This document shows positions 1 to 13,995 of a stretch of 64,000 bases of DNA, one piece after another. The stretch spans positions 26,322,150 to 26,386,149 of the forward strand of contig NC_134026.1 in the NCBI RefSeq assembly GCF_964204645.1. Direction: 5' to 3'. The stretch is from Tubulanus polymorphus. Taxonomy: Eukaryota; Animalia; Nemertea. The notes beneath the pieces were generated by a model, which was given only the letters and a program-made list of their open reading frames with translations, was not told where the DNA came from and ran no database searches. The translations under genes and the position numbers were made by a program. Each line of letters begins with the position of its first letter. Position 1 is the first letter of the stretch.

Positions 1-3000
1 TTTACAGAAAATTTTGTTGAAGATTTGTTTGAGATCACATCATGTTATTTTCCAATTGATTTTAACCCTGTAAGTTTTTATATAAACACATACCGGTACA
101 GGATGGTAATTCAAGGAGAAACATGATGAATTCAGATTTTTTTAAATTTCTAGCCTCCAAATGATCCGCACGGAATTACTAGAGAAGAACTTATTCTTGG
201 GTTACAAAATTGTATGATAGCAACTGACAAATTTGCTGAGTATTGTTACCCACTTTTACTGGAGAAACTTTCATCCGATATACCCAGCTCAAAATTAGAT
301 TCACTTCATACTTTAGTAAGTATAAAATGGGAGATAGTTTCGCCTTATTTTGTCTCGTGTTGGCTACAGATGTAATTTATTGATATTTTACAGACTGCTG
401 GAGCTGCTGTTTATGGCTCTAAGTATTTACTGGAATACATAAATTCCATTGTTGGAATCATAAAAGCTGAGGTACGTTGTTTAAATTCATACTGTGCTAC
501 TGAGTCAAAAATATCTCGTCAATGAAAAACATTTCATATTTTTCATATTTCAGGTTTTTGCTGCGTCGAGTGAGTCACTAGAAACTGCTTCTTTAAATGC
601 TCTAACGGCAATTACAAAAACTCTTACAGATGATGTTAAACAGGTACAATCACCATGGGCTCGTATTTGAAGTTTGGGGGTGAATAGTAGATTAGATCAT
701 CCAGTGTCCTAGGAAGTACTGGTATACCCCAGTATGTATATAAAAAGAAAAGGGTGGCAATTATATCCTTTGGATATCTTAAGAGTTACAGCCAATTTGA
801 ATTATATCCTATGGATATTTTTAGAGTTATAGCCAATTTGACTCGAAGTATCTGGATACGAGTTGCCATCTTTTCTTTTTATATATATAGTACCTGGGAT
901 ATGCTGGATGATTCACCCTCAATCATTAAATACGTGCCCCTGTAACAATCACCTACGGGTACATTTCAGAGATGTCAATTATTTACATGAGTGTTACTTC
1001 CTTAACAATCTGACCATGTTTATTATGATGCTATTTGAAATTTCAGGTGGATCATTCTTCTTTGAATGATTTCATACAGAACATATTTAAAGGTGAAGTA
1101 TGAGTGCTGGTATCATATTCTGTGTATATTACGGTAGTATGAATTACCAAAATAAATATATGATGAATCTTCTTTTTAGACTGTAAACGCCATTTATGTG
1201 AACCCGAACACAAACTTGTATTTCCCAGTGGAAAGCTATTACATGCTATTGCCAGTGCTTCAAAGACGGCATGTGAAAAGATCAGTGAACTGTCTGTGCC
1301 ATTATTATTGGAGCAGTTTCACAAACATCTCCAAGCTAATACTCGCAGAAATATTCTCAGTTTAATCATCGGCTTTATTAGAATATCAAATCAACACCAA
1401 CCAGATGGCTGTAAGTACTGAAGTGAACATATATAAGGCCCATTTTGTTCAAATACGTAATTGTTGAATTGAATCTTTACAGTTTCTATAATGCGTCCGT
1501 ATAGAGATGAATTACTGACTATATTTCTAACTCTATTGAGTGATATAAACTCACAACTGAGATGTCTAGCTATTACTGGAATGACTGGACTTGCTGCTCT
1601 GCATCATATGTTGTCGGAATCTGAAATGAGTGGTGTAGTCGACCAAATATTACAGAAATATCTCGTTGAAAATGATGTAAACGTACGGTAAGCTTTACTT
1701 ATAACATTGCTCTCTCACCACTTACCGTAACTGAGTGCTCATTTTGTAACATCGATGCTGTTTTTACAGTCAGGAGTGTATAACTAGTCTAGCTTTTGTT
1801 GGAGTTGAACAACCAATACTTATAATCAACCGAGTATTACCAGTGTTAGAGAAACAATTACAACAAGGTATTTTCAGCTTATCATAGCTTTATTTTCTAA
1901 TACTTGTCCTTAGTGTCTCAGTATAGGTGAATTGCTGATTAATTCTCTGCTGAATAGGTTGCAAAAAAAGTTCAAGTGTTGAACAATCTAGGGTACTAAG
2001 TGTTATAGCCGCAGTATCTGTTCATCATCAAATCATAAAGAGTACTGTCCCTCTTCTACTGCAATCAATAAAAGACAATGTTACTGCAGGTAAAGTTTCC
2101 TTTTAAAGCGTCAGATTTAGATTTTAGCTAATCAAGAGATTTTCATCGACAGGTGACATTTTATTTCAGATGTTGATATTTCCATCATTCACGAGACATT
2201 TGAATCTTTATTGATGATTATCAGGGAGACGAGTAAAGATGTGAAGAATTTAGAATATTTCTCTCAAACGACATTTAATGAACTGATAGCATTAAGCTCA
2301 CAATTTGGGTGCGAGACATTCTGTCTGATGAGCTCTGCAGACTTGATACAATTACTAGCAAATATCTTACAGATCATTGTAAAAAGTAGCAGGTATTTCA
2401 TTTGCAATTTTATCATTGATATGAGTACATGTATTTTTGATATGAGCAAAAGGTATAGAGGAAATATCATATCTTCATCAAAATAATCGTATCACCTTTC
2501 CTGGTATTCTTTAGTGACTCGGAGAGATTACTGAACCATGTTTTATCAATGTTCACTGATGATTCATCATCTTCTTCCAAAGCACTGGAGGTAAGTTATC
2601 AATACTGGGTATTGCATTGTCATTGTTGGATGTTCATTATAACATAGATTATTATGATTTGGTTTTTAGCTCTCCTCTCCAGTTAACAAAACTAGACTAG
2701 TCATTCTCCTTCAGGCAGTTGTATGTGCTGCACCAAAGCAGGTACTGATTAATGAACCTACTATGTGTGAACATAAAGGTCATCATTATGATATATTTGA
2801 TATTCTAAATTTACTTTTACAGTACTTATTTCATGATGTTAAGAAAATGTTTGATAAACTAACAGAATTATCACTTTGTTCGCCTGATAATTGTACTCGA
2901 GAAATAGCCTCAAAATGTCTTGCCGGTGTTATCAATAAACTCGAATTGGGTAAGAATGAGAATATTTCAAACATATGAAGACATAATACCAAGTGTTGAT

Positions 3001-4296
3001 GGGTATCTACATATGTTAGTTTGATATATTGTAGATGACTCATTGGAATTATTCATCAATCAAATCCAAGAGAGAATCAAAGTCCAAATTGCTGGAGTTG
3101 GAGATGATCTGTCGTCCAAGTCAAATGCGGTGAATCTTTGGTCTTGGCTGTCAAAATCATTGATCATGCGAGGTCATAAGAAGTCAACAGAATGCATAAA
3201 GATAGTAAGCTACGAAAATCTGTTAGAATTAGATTCAAAATGAGAAAAAAGAGAAGATTTTTCTAAGTAACATGTATCGTTCCAGATGATAGATATACTG
3301 TCCGACCCTTCTCTTGGTCTAGTAGCTGCTAATGGTTTCTATGTGATACTTCACGAATATGATGATGTTCTCAATAAATCTCTTCATTCAAATATTCGCC
3401 TCATGTATAAACAGCGATTCTTTGTGGAGACTTTACCAAAACTTACTGAAGGCTTCCATGTTGCTGCAGATGGTATGTTCTGTTCACTTAGGCAGTTGTT
3501 CTAGGTTAATCTATGCTCAAGATTTTAAAATTTCAACTTTTACTATTTCTACACTTCAGATAGGAAAAGTTCATATTTGACGGCATTGTCTTATTTGTTA
3601 CGTTATATACCTAAACAAGTTCTGCTCAGTGAATTGCCACCTGTGAGTAAACATCTTGACGAGATGGCTTGTAATTCATAAGTTAAACTGATTCTTTGAC
3701 TCAGGATCTTTTGTTTTAGTTGCTCCCGCTGATGATCCAATCTTTACAAGGATCCTCGCATGATCTTCATTTATCTACGATGACAACTCTTCATGATCTG
3801 GTATTTGATGCTCCTGATATTTTAGCTGCGCAGGTCGATGCATTGATTCCTCTGTTTCTCAAACTATCTTCTGTTCAACAATCTATGGTATGAAAATTTC
3901 AATTTCTTCTACGACTTGCTTTACTTGTGATAGTTTCTCATCTTGGTATATTGGTATTTTTGAAATTTCCAGAAAGTTCGTATGCTAGCACTTCAATGTT
4001 TGGGAGTGATGAGCACATTGCCATATGCTCTTCTTTTTCCATATCAAAATCGTGTGATCAAAGAGCTCGCAAAGTCATTAGATGATAAGAAACGTTTAGT
4101 ACGAACTGAAGCAGTTAAAGCGCGAGGAGAATGGTTAGTTATTTGTTGAAACAAGTGTTTTGTTTTCACCTTTCAATCACTGGTATATATATTCTTGGGG
4201 CCAGTTTTATAGACTGGTATTAACGAAAATGAATCAAGTAATACTCTATATTTCTCTATATTCCACAGGTTTTTACTGGGAACTGAAAGCAAGTGA
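1..4296 (+). CDS. MMS19: MMS19 cytosolic Fe-S assembly / NER protein, multi-exon, 5' end outside window
   Basis: Spliced exons read EDLFEITSCYFPIDFNP/PPNDPHGITREELILGL..., NIRLMYKQRFF, and C-terminal LAKSLDDKKRLVRTEAVKARGEW/FLLGTESK*. Introns are short GT-AG. Stop TGA 4294-4296, AATAAA at ~4502. Confidence 0.95.
654..942. mobile_element. MITE-like / foldback element in MMS19 intron
   Basis: Long imperfect inverted arms (gggctcgtattt..ggtgaat..catccag..tatataaaaagaaaagggtggcaa vs ttgccatcttttctttttatata..ctggatgattcacc..aaatacgtgccc). Flanked by near-direct repeat tacaatcac / taacaatcac, with an internal ~41-bp tandem duplication at 759-840. Confidence 0.7.
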
Positions 4297-4995
4297 TAAA
4301 TACCCGGTACAAAGTTTTTGAATCACTACTGCAATACACCCTACACTCTGTGAAATGCCTCATCAATCTCACTGCTCCGGGAGTCCAGACATTGAAAATT
4401 ATGATCAATTATTTTCTCAAATTACGGTAGTTGTACTGATCACCGATACTTGTTAAATGATTATGTTATTTGTAAACAAAATACAAAAGATGATTTATAG
4501 TAATAAAATGTCACTGTAGTGAAAAATTCACCATTAGTTGGATTCTCATGCGAGGAAATGAAATACCGGTGTCAATTGATAGAGGAAAAGGAGATTCTAT
4601 GAACAACATTGAAGACGGAGTATATGAAGTTGTTTTCAGCCATTTATTGGTCAACGATCATTAAAATTTAGTTATACCGGGGTTTGAAACCGATCTCTAT
4701 AAGAACTATACAGTTAAACAACACTAATAACATCATCCAATGAATGCAGCAAGAATCTAAAGACTCCCTTCAAAAGAAGTTCAAGCACACTCGGTTTCAA
4801 TCGAGTACACAAAAAAAAAAACAGTATTTCATGCATAAAATACATCGTACACAGTCTAAATCAACTAACAGCAATAAATATTCTGAAAAAATGAGATCAC
4901 GTATAGAACACTAAGAATTACTGGTACATTGTATATTGAGTTTACACAGACATGGCAAATGAATAGAGTAGATATGCAAGTCTGTATTACCGGTA

Positions 4996-7320
4996 CTATA
5001 TAATTATACCACTCTCTTGTGCATCTCCTGAAAACATATCAAGTGGAGGCCCTTCGATATCGGTGTCATCATTGGCTAGAATATCATCGTTTAATTTCCC
5101 ACTAGTGGACGCCACATTCGTGGCAAATGTTATAATTTGAGAATTATCGATACAATGATTAGAGGCACCCACTTTATAAATATGACTAGAAATATTTGGA
5201 TCTGAGAAAGTAATGATAGGTGTAGCATTGATATCACCAACTGTGCTGATTGTAGTTTGCTCAATAGGAGCTGCAGTTGATGAAAAAACACTTCTAGAAG
5301 TTGATTGCGAGTCCAATGAACAAGTTCCCGAATCCATTGAATTTTCTATCGGTTCACCGAGAGCTCTAACATCAGATGACGACATTCCAGGCGAAGGATT
5401 ATTGTTTTTTATGATGATGATTGGATTTGGTTGCGTAGAAATCATTTCGGATGCTCTAAAAATACAAATTAATACGTGGTTAAGATGCATATCAATACAC
5501 ATCCCGCAATTAATATCACTTACTGTTGATTTGATTTCAATATTTTTTTCTTTATCACACCGCATATAATATCTTCATGAGTGACTTGCATGTGTCGTAT
5601 AAGCGTCGACTCTGTAGCGCATTTCTTGTCGCAATGACCACATTTTAACCACTTAGTGACGTCGTGCTTGATCCTAATATGACGATTCAAATCACCTGAA
5701 AAATAAAATATGGAACGACGTTACATCACATCATCTTGTATACACAATAGTTGTACATGTAGTAATCTGTTCACATACCAGCTTGATAAAATGACAAGTC
5801 ACATTCTTTACACGGGAAGCTCTTCTCTTTTTTATGAAATCTCATATGGACTGACAAATCCTTCCTACGTATATATCCTGAAAAAAGCACACGATATGTT
5901 TACTGAGACATGTATTTTCGAATTTTTTTTTTTAAAGTAAGTTTTTTTAAAAATGAATACCTTTGTTGCAGATGTCGCATTTATATGGTTGATTATTCGT
6001 GTGAATCAGTAGATGGCGCTTTAAATCACATCGTTGTAAGAATGTACGACCACATTCATCACATTTATGAGGTAAATCATCCTGCAATGTAAACAACAAC
6101 AATTATCTTATCTTCACTCAACTACAGTTCATAAAAAAAACTATATTGAATTTGTTGAACCATCAAATTTTAGAACCATTACTGACAATTATTGATCTAT
6201 CCAATTGTAGAGTCATTCGACTGTCAAATTAGCAAAAAGTAGAACTGTTGAATTGTTGAATTATTAAACTATCGGACCATAGAATAAACGACCACGGAGA
6301 CCAAATAATCCTTCCTCAATGTAAATTTGAGGAATTTGGAACTACCAGTCCCTATAACTTCAGTTTATCCAAGTATTTCCAGATCAGAGAAGTTTTACCT
6401 TAGCTTTGATCTTGTGAACGAGCCTATGCCGATTATAGTTACTCCTTCGATTGAATGTAGATGAACACAATTCACATTTAAACAATATCGTAGTTCGTTT
6501 CTCCACTGCTTCATTTCGTTTTTCTGTTTTATTATCTGTAATATTGTTATCTACAACAAAGCGAAAACAAATAATTTACTGTCTGATCATTAATTTTTAG
6601 AGCTGTCATTAAGCAGAAATACTTACTCGCAGGGAGTGTAGGAACCTCTGGACTAGCCTTTTCCGGAATGTTGAGATATTGCAAAACATCATCAATATTT
6701 TCATCTTCATTGCCGGTATCCATCGATTTTTTCGCAACAGAAACTTCGGTAACAATTTTGTCAATAACGGGAGCCGATACAACAGTCGGCAAAACTGGAT
6801 CCGTAGAACTTATAAATGCATGATTTGACTGGTTGCAACTTGGATTGACCACGATTAGAGTATTTTGAAGTGCCATTGATACTGCTGGTAATAAAGCTGG
6901 TGTACTGACTATGAAAAGTGGCACAGCCGGTTTCATAATTGGCACAGTTGTTACCATAGTGGGAGCCGAGGGTATCTCGCATAGTACCTGAGCCGTCTGA
7001 AGAATATCTGATGGACTGTTGGTGACGTTTTTAACTTCGTTAACCACAGGTTCAGTAATACTTGAGTAAGTGGTGGTGACATTACTGGTAAGAAACTCGG
7101 GTCCTCTACTTGAGCTTGCACATTCTAAATCTGGATACTTTGAATATCTCGATTCTGGTGAAAATTTACCAATAGAAGTCAGGTCTTCTGTACTACCTGC
7201 ATGGCATAATAATGTGCCCTCTAATGGACAGTAAAACTGTTTCAATATTTCTTCAGATCCAATGTCAGTTTCCATGATGTGATCTGACAGCAGGCCAGGG
7301 ATTTCCCCAAATGACGTCAT
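4996..7320 (-). CDS. C2H2 zinc-finger protein (5 fingers), 6 coding exons
   Basis: Spliced fingers: FKCELCSSTFNRRSNYNRHRLVH, HKCDECGRTFLQRCDLKRHLLIH, YKCDICNKGYIRRKDLSVHMRFH, FPCKECDLSFYQAGDLNRHIRIKH, LKCGHCDKKCATESTLIRHMQVTH. Low-complexity S/T/P-rich N- and C-terminal exons correspond to ORFs 6547-7320 and 4996-5565. Confidence 0.9.
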
Positions 7321-7610
7321 CCTACAGTATTTCCGGGTTGAGTTGAACTACCAACGTTTACAACTTTTCTTAGGCTTTTTACTTAAAAATAACCAAGGTG
7401 GGAATTGATACACACTGTTAAATCAACATTCATTTAATAAATGTGAATATTTGACTTTATATGAATTATAGACGCTTGTCGATGGTTACTCTGTAAAACT
7501 GCTAAGGGATTTCTATATTCTTTAAAGCTAGATGGCAGCACGAGACGGTCTATATTTCATACGGGTTCTATGCGGGTTGTACCATTTCATTTAGTTGCTT
7601 TTTCTAGAAA

Positions 7611-9313
7611 ATGACTGAAAATCGAATTAATGTAGATGGCCCACTTTGGGACCAAAGTACTTTTCTGGGACGCTTAAAACATTTCGCTTGGATGACTGAC
7701 TTTCGCACTGTGGTGGTCCGCGAATCGAAACTTCATGAAGCGAAAGATCTTGTAGATAAATATCGGTAAGTCTGATAGTATTATAACTGAACTCACTTCA
7801 CAGATATGATTCCTATTACACCTGGATTTTTTGTCGTCAATTTCAGAATTGGACTACAAACACCGGGTGTAACCAAAGAAGAAGTTATCTATGCAAAGAA
7901 ATTGTACGATTCCTCATTCCATCCTGATTCTGGGGAACTACAAAATGTATTTGGTCGTATGTCATTCCAAGTTCCTGGTGGTATGTCAATAACAGGAGCG
8001 ATGATCACATTCTATAGGTGAGGATTCACAACTTTCAATATTATGACACAGATTCTCAGGACCTTTGGCTAATGAAATTTTTTTTCAGAACTAACACAGC
8101 AGTTATATTTTGGCAATGGGTCAATCAGTCTTTTAATGCACTTGTGAATTACACAAATCGAAATGCTGAGTCAGACATAGATGCAAAGTAAGCTTTTTTA
8201 ACCATCTCAGATAATTTTCTGCATACGGTATCTTTTCAAATTTTAACAGGTAAACTATTTTATTTCAGGAGAATAGCAATAGCCTATACATCAGCCACTA
8301 CTTCTGCTGTTGTTACAGCCCTGGGTCTTAAAGCTATTTTAGCAAAAGTAAGAATGATCTGATATCTAAGATTATTAACATAGGTTTAACCTGCTGGGCA
8401 GCCTTTCTAATTGATATTCCTATATTTTAGAGTGCTGGTTCACTTATGCAAAGATTCGTGCCATTCGCTGCAGTTGCAGCTGCTAATATGGTCAATATAC
8501 CCCTCATGAGACAAAGGTAATATCTCTTGAAAAGAAAAACCCAATAGCTATTTAGACCTATGAATGATATCATTATGAAATTTACTTGCAGTGAATTGAT
8601 CGATGGTATAGTAGTTTCCGATGAAAATGGGAACAAGATTACTCAATCCAGGGTAACTGCATAGCAATTTGTATTGATTGGTTTTGTCTTCAAAAAAATC
8701 ACTTGTTTACTGAAATATTCAACCTTTTTGCAGTATGCGGCTGTGAAAGGAATTTCTCAAGTTGTATTATCTAGAATATTCATGGCCACCCCGACTATGC
8801 GTGAGTTTTATAGGAATCAATGGATCATTTAAAAATAAGCTCTTTCAGTGCTGTATGATGACAATTTGTTATATTTTAGTTGGAATTCCTGTTGTAATGG
8901 AATACCTTGAAAGATATCCAGTAATTAAACGAATGACGTGGACCCATGCTCCTATTCAAGTCTTTTTATGCGGTGTTGTGTAAGTTAGCGTTTGATGATT
9001 TTATAAAACGTTTTGCATGCAGACTTTATAAAAACATTGTATTGTATTTTTTGTTTTCAGACTCTGTGCAAGTGTTCCTATTGGCTGTGCTTTATTTCCT
9101 CAGAGAAGGTAACATTTAAATTGAGACGTAGTCTTTTTATCTTTAGTAACATATCTTTAGGCCTACTAATAATCTTCCATTGTCTATCCTTTTTGTAGTT
9201 GTATTACTGTTGATAAGCTTAGAATAATGGACAAAGACAAGTATGACGAACTGGTGGGAAAATTTGGTGATAGCCAGCTACCAGAAAGGCTTTATTTTAA
9301 TAAAGGACTATAA
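7611..9313 (+). CDS. SFXN2: Sideroflexin, SFXN2-like mitochondrial carrier
   Basis: [94 protein letters not shown]-terminal LYFNKGL*. Confidence 0.93.
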
Positions 9314-9558
9314 GAAGAAATTTTCATTTCATTGGGACTAAAACAAAGAATTTTAATCGGAACAATGAATCTTGTGTGGTTTTGTAGTGATGGTATTTCT
9401 TGGAACAATGTAGCTTAGCCACCATTTAAAAGGGTAAACTGAAATGATATGTATTCTTAATATTATTTAGTTTTAAGAACTGATGTAAGTACTCGATTAA
9501 CAGCAGCAGCAATGTTCCCTGCTTAGTGGCAGATGAATAAATCTGTGACTGTTCAAGG

Positions 9559-9560
9559 TA

Positions 9561-9592
<32 letters not shown>
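9559..9592. repeat. (TATATG)n microsatellite in SFXN 3' UTR
   Basis: tatatatgtatatgtatatgtatatgtatatgta seen directly. Confidence 0.9.
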
Positions 9593-12500
9593 CCATTAGT
9601 ATGACTACCAGTATTATAATATTCTATATCCAATCATGCCTTTACATTAATTCATGACATTAAGTTTTATGTGGTCAGTATTAAGTTTCAATGTCCCCAT
9701 TGCTCAAACACTGCCACAGTTGATCGCTTTAATCTGGGGTGTATGCAAACTGATTGTTTCTTAATGTATCTACAGTAGTTTTTATGACTTTGCTGTGCAA
9801 TATGTTATCAAAGAACGTTGAAATAAAATTGTATTATTTTTAAATGAGGATACTTGTTGTCTTACATTAGAGAATGGAAGAATTGGTCACTTAAATCAAT
9901 GGTCTCATATTATCATAGCTGCTGGGTCACTCATCATTGTCAGATGGCCATCCATTGAATATTGTCGTTAGTCACTACAGCTAAAACGTCACCACACTGA
10001 ATAAGATTCCAAACTAGTTTGTTGCTCCTCAAGTTTAGTGGTTAGCACATCACACCCGCTAGAATGCTAAAGGTCCAAGAAGTTATTCGAGAACTGGCCT
10101 TGAAGGTTCCTGGCTATGGGACTAGTAACGCCTTTGTAGACAAGGTTATCAATATTGTCGAAACATCCTTCTATCATAGATTTGTGAATTCCCACCAATG
10201 ACAATGAAACAAATAAAATCAAGCCAATTTTATTTTTAATTCGGTCAGCATAAAAAGCATGTGTACTTAAAATAGGCAAATATGTTACAATGGATGGCAG
10301 TGTTCTAAATGTAAATTTCCAAAACCATCAAAGAGGAATAGAGCTCAGTCAGAGACGAAATAAGGAATAGAAAAAGTCACTTTGTGACACATAAAAACAA
10401 TCTATGTTATGCCTATGGCAGAAAATGTACATGCCTGCATCCATTGTACTTGAAGTAAATTATGAAATATCGCTCTCGATCTATGAACTACCGTATGCTC
10501 ATTTTACTTAATAGGAAAGAAGTTGATTTGTCTCTGACTTCATAATTTTACAATTCTGCTCATCAATAATTGAATTACCGTAGTATGCTCATAATCAACA
10601 ACGCAATATGCAGATCTTCACTCAAATCACCGTAACAATAGTGCTACATGTTCCTAATATATAAATTCCTAATTTACAATTATATCTTGTTGAAAAGTAT
10701 GAATAACTACATCATATGTGAATCCATGATAAATATAGAGTTGGTACTGATAAATTAATGTGGCTTTTCCAGTGAATTACAAGACGCTCCGAAGATTACA
10801 AATAAACATTATCGACACTTTTTCTCCATTTATACAACAAAAACTTTTATTATTTCAAGTAATTAACTACTGATAACTATACGTGAGCAATTAAAACAAC
10901 AGTTTCCTGTAAATAATCTTAAATACCGAATTACAAAATGTGCTGTTCTTGAAATGAATCTTTCACTTACTTAATACCCTAAATAAACTCCAGTGTGGGC
11001 AAAATAATTAACTACACGCACAAAATAAATCAATAAACTTATAAATAGATTCAACAAAATATTGTTACTTATTTAAGAATGTATAATTTAGCAAGTATTG
11101 AAGAGGAGTACCGGTACTGTCCAATGAAAGGTAGGGCTATACCAATTGGTTACAATGATTTGGGAATGCTAATACACAGTTTGACTAACGGTACATTAGA
11201 ATCAAGATTAACAAGTATCATTATGAAAACAATGAGACAAAATTCCACATGTGTGTATATGATGGCCATTTGTTTTATCATAAAAATGCAGAAAAGCACA
11301 TTTTTTACATTGCTGTTGAGGCTGTTAACTAAGAATTAGTGTAAGACTACTGACAGTATATTCCCAGGAAATTCTTTCTAAATATTCATTTTATATTCAG
11401 TTATTTGAAAAGCGCTTCATGCAATTTAATAAGCACCGTTGACCAAGGCATCATTGATTTATGTGTATTTTTGAAGCTAATCATTGCGAAATTACACTGC
11501 CTTCTTCTAAAGCATAGTTTTCAACGAGAATGAATCTATATACATAGTGCACATATATGGATAAAACATCCTCCTATTCATACAGAAAAATGTTCCATCA
11601 ATTTCAAATGAAGGAAATGGGTTAATGGATAGTTTTAGCATCAAAAACATGCATGAATGATTTGTATTCTTGTCAGAATGAAATACTGCAGACATCAAAT
11701 CAACACTGCTTCCAGTTCTGATAGAATATCACTGAACAGAATGAAATCCCTATCTACATAACTTAGATCATACATGACATCATTTCTTCAGATCCATGAC
11801 CCTTCTGAAAATTTAATTTCTGGAAAACTATGAATCTACCCCAACAGAGGAAATACTGTTGTGCCCACAGCACGATTCATATCATTACAACACTGGTGCT
11901 TTTAAGAATACTAGTTATAGGCTTATACCCGCGACATTTCTTAAGATTACTTACAGCCAAGTGGAGTAGAATTCAGCCGTGAAACTAGGTTCCACGATAA
12001 GCAAGAAACCAACTAAATCGTTTTCAAAGAATCTTAGGCATTCATACATTCCGAATCTGCTCACACACAGCAATCAATCAGCGAAAAAAAATATGCGTAA
12101 CTAGTTACCATACCTTATAAAAACCATGAAATCGTACTGAGAGTACTGGCTATCGAATTGAATATCACAGATTATTCAGCAAACGAAAAGGCGAAATATA
12201 TAAGAATTGCATCAAAAATGGCACTTCCTAATTCATTGTTATCATCATACCGTCATGAACAAAGGTAAATGAATCTCTAGTCAAGAGATGCACAGAATAC
12301 AATTCATAGAAACAAAGATAGCATCATTTCTGGCATACATTTTATTTTCTTTTGAAAGCAATTTATTCAATCATTGCAAAATGTTTTCGCATTTTTCTAT
12401 TGGTAAGGATATTGGATGTTCAAATTATGACAATTCAGAAATGCAGTTTTGTATAAAATGCAGTGCAGGTTTGAATAAATAATTATTACTATAGCCACTT

Positions 12501-13995
12501 ACTCTCGGTACAATTTATATTGTCCTCGAAAATCAGCTGATTTTCTAATCAGTTAAACGAAAAATGACAGTCTACTGCCTTCCATTTTTATAATTATCAA
12601 TTAGACAATTATCACTTACTTATGAAGACGAATGCCATGAAGAATTGCACTAATATAAGTCAGATTTATAGATATATACCCTTCCCATCAAAATCGGGAC
12701 AAGCAAAAGCGTAGTTATATTAGTGTAAGATGCATGTATCAATTAGCACTATTCCCATATTGAATGAATGAATGCAATTATAAGCTCAGAATGGCACATT
12801 TTTTATGCATTACAGTATATAATTTCATTTACATTAATTTTTTTATGTATGATTTTCTTCATTTTATTACATACGCACATCTAGCTATTGTTATTATTAT
12901 TCAATATTATTAGTATTATTATTATTATCATCTATACAAACCACACGCTAACATGCGCTGGTGATATGCCAAGTTATCATTTGGTTCCCATACTCGATCA
13001 CAGAAGTTATCAGATATCCAGACCACACATAATGATCAGTTTTGATCAGGGTGTTTTAAAAGCAGTCTATAGCAATTCTAACACAAACTCCACAAAATAC
13101 AATTACACTGTTTGATAAGCCAATTAAATACTATCTGAAGCTGGAGTGAGCAGTTAACTACTTACACATCCAGATAAAAACAGCTAGTTAATTGTGACAC
13201 TTTAAATTTCCACTCATACCATAGATATACATTATGTGTATCGTTCAAATGTGATGAATGCAGGGCTTGGCAGCTGATATTCCTCTTGTACCGGTCCAAC
13301 TAGTTACTTGACCTGTATTTACGCAGGGTACTGCTAACAGGTAAGCTCAAGACATTACTAGCTTATGATATCCTAACACGTAAATCTCGTAGCACTCATA
13401 TCTATCATCTAATGGCACATGAAACGCTGCCGATTCACAAACAAGTATGTGCCTGTTGTTATACACACAATCTCAGGATGGATGTTACAACATTTAAATT
13501 TCTCGCTAACGTCTACATTTACAAAAATCTGTCTTATCGTTTTTTCTTAATACAAATTTTTCACTGATAGATACAAACCCATGTTTAACAATGACTGAAA
13601 AAGGTTGAACTATCAATGTCATGGGTGTAAAAAAGCGGACATATTATCGTAATTAGGAGATCACATATTTATTTCTTTTACAAATATCATATGCCATTGT
13701 GTGTACATCTGGCTAGTAAGTGTACGAGAACCATTTTCCCTGTTAGGTTCAAACAGCATTAGACGCGTACAACAGTAATGTACCGCATTGTCATCCATCA
13801 AAAATGAGCCGCATAGGGGGAGTAATTACACATAATTCATATGAACAGTAGTATGTGATTTGAATCAGACACATCTAAGAACGGTATTAAGTGATTGTTG
13901 CATGGTAAGCATTAAGAGAACAACACACAGTACATTATAAGTTCTCCAGGGTATGCGAGCTCAATTTTCTTTTCTCTTGTTCTCAACAATATTGA

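Noticed and set aside
5456-5565. Apparent read-through of an intron by ORF 4996-5565
   Set aside because: The zinc-finger exon is in a different frame (HEDIICGVIKKKILKSNQQ) and joins by a normal 68-nt GT-AG intron; the open frame through the intron is incidental.
5213-5569. 118-aa plus-strand ORF
   Set aside because: Antisense shadow of the zinc-finger gene's last exon; no family features.
6140-6300. Degenerate ~8-bp periodic sequence in a zinc-finger intron
   Set aside because: Too decayed to define a unit; not CRISPR-like and not coding.
10295-10303. TGGCAGTGT matching the miR-34 5' end
   Set aside because: The rest does not match miR-34 and there is no hairpin; at most a target site on the opposite strand.
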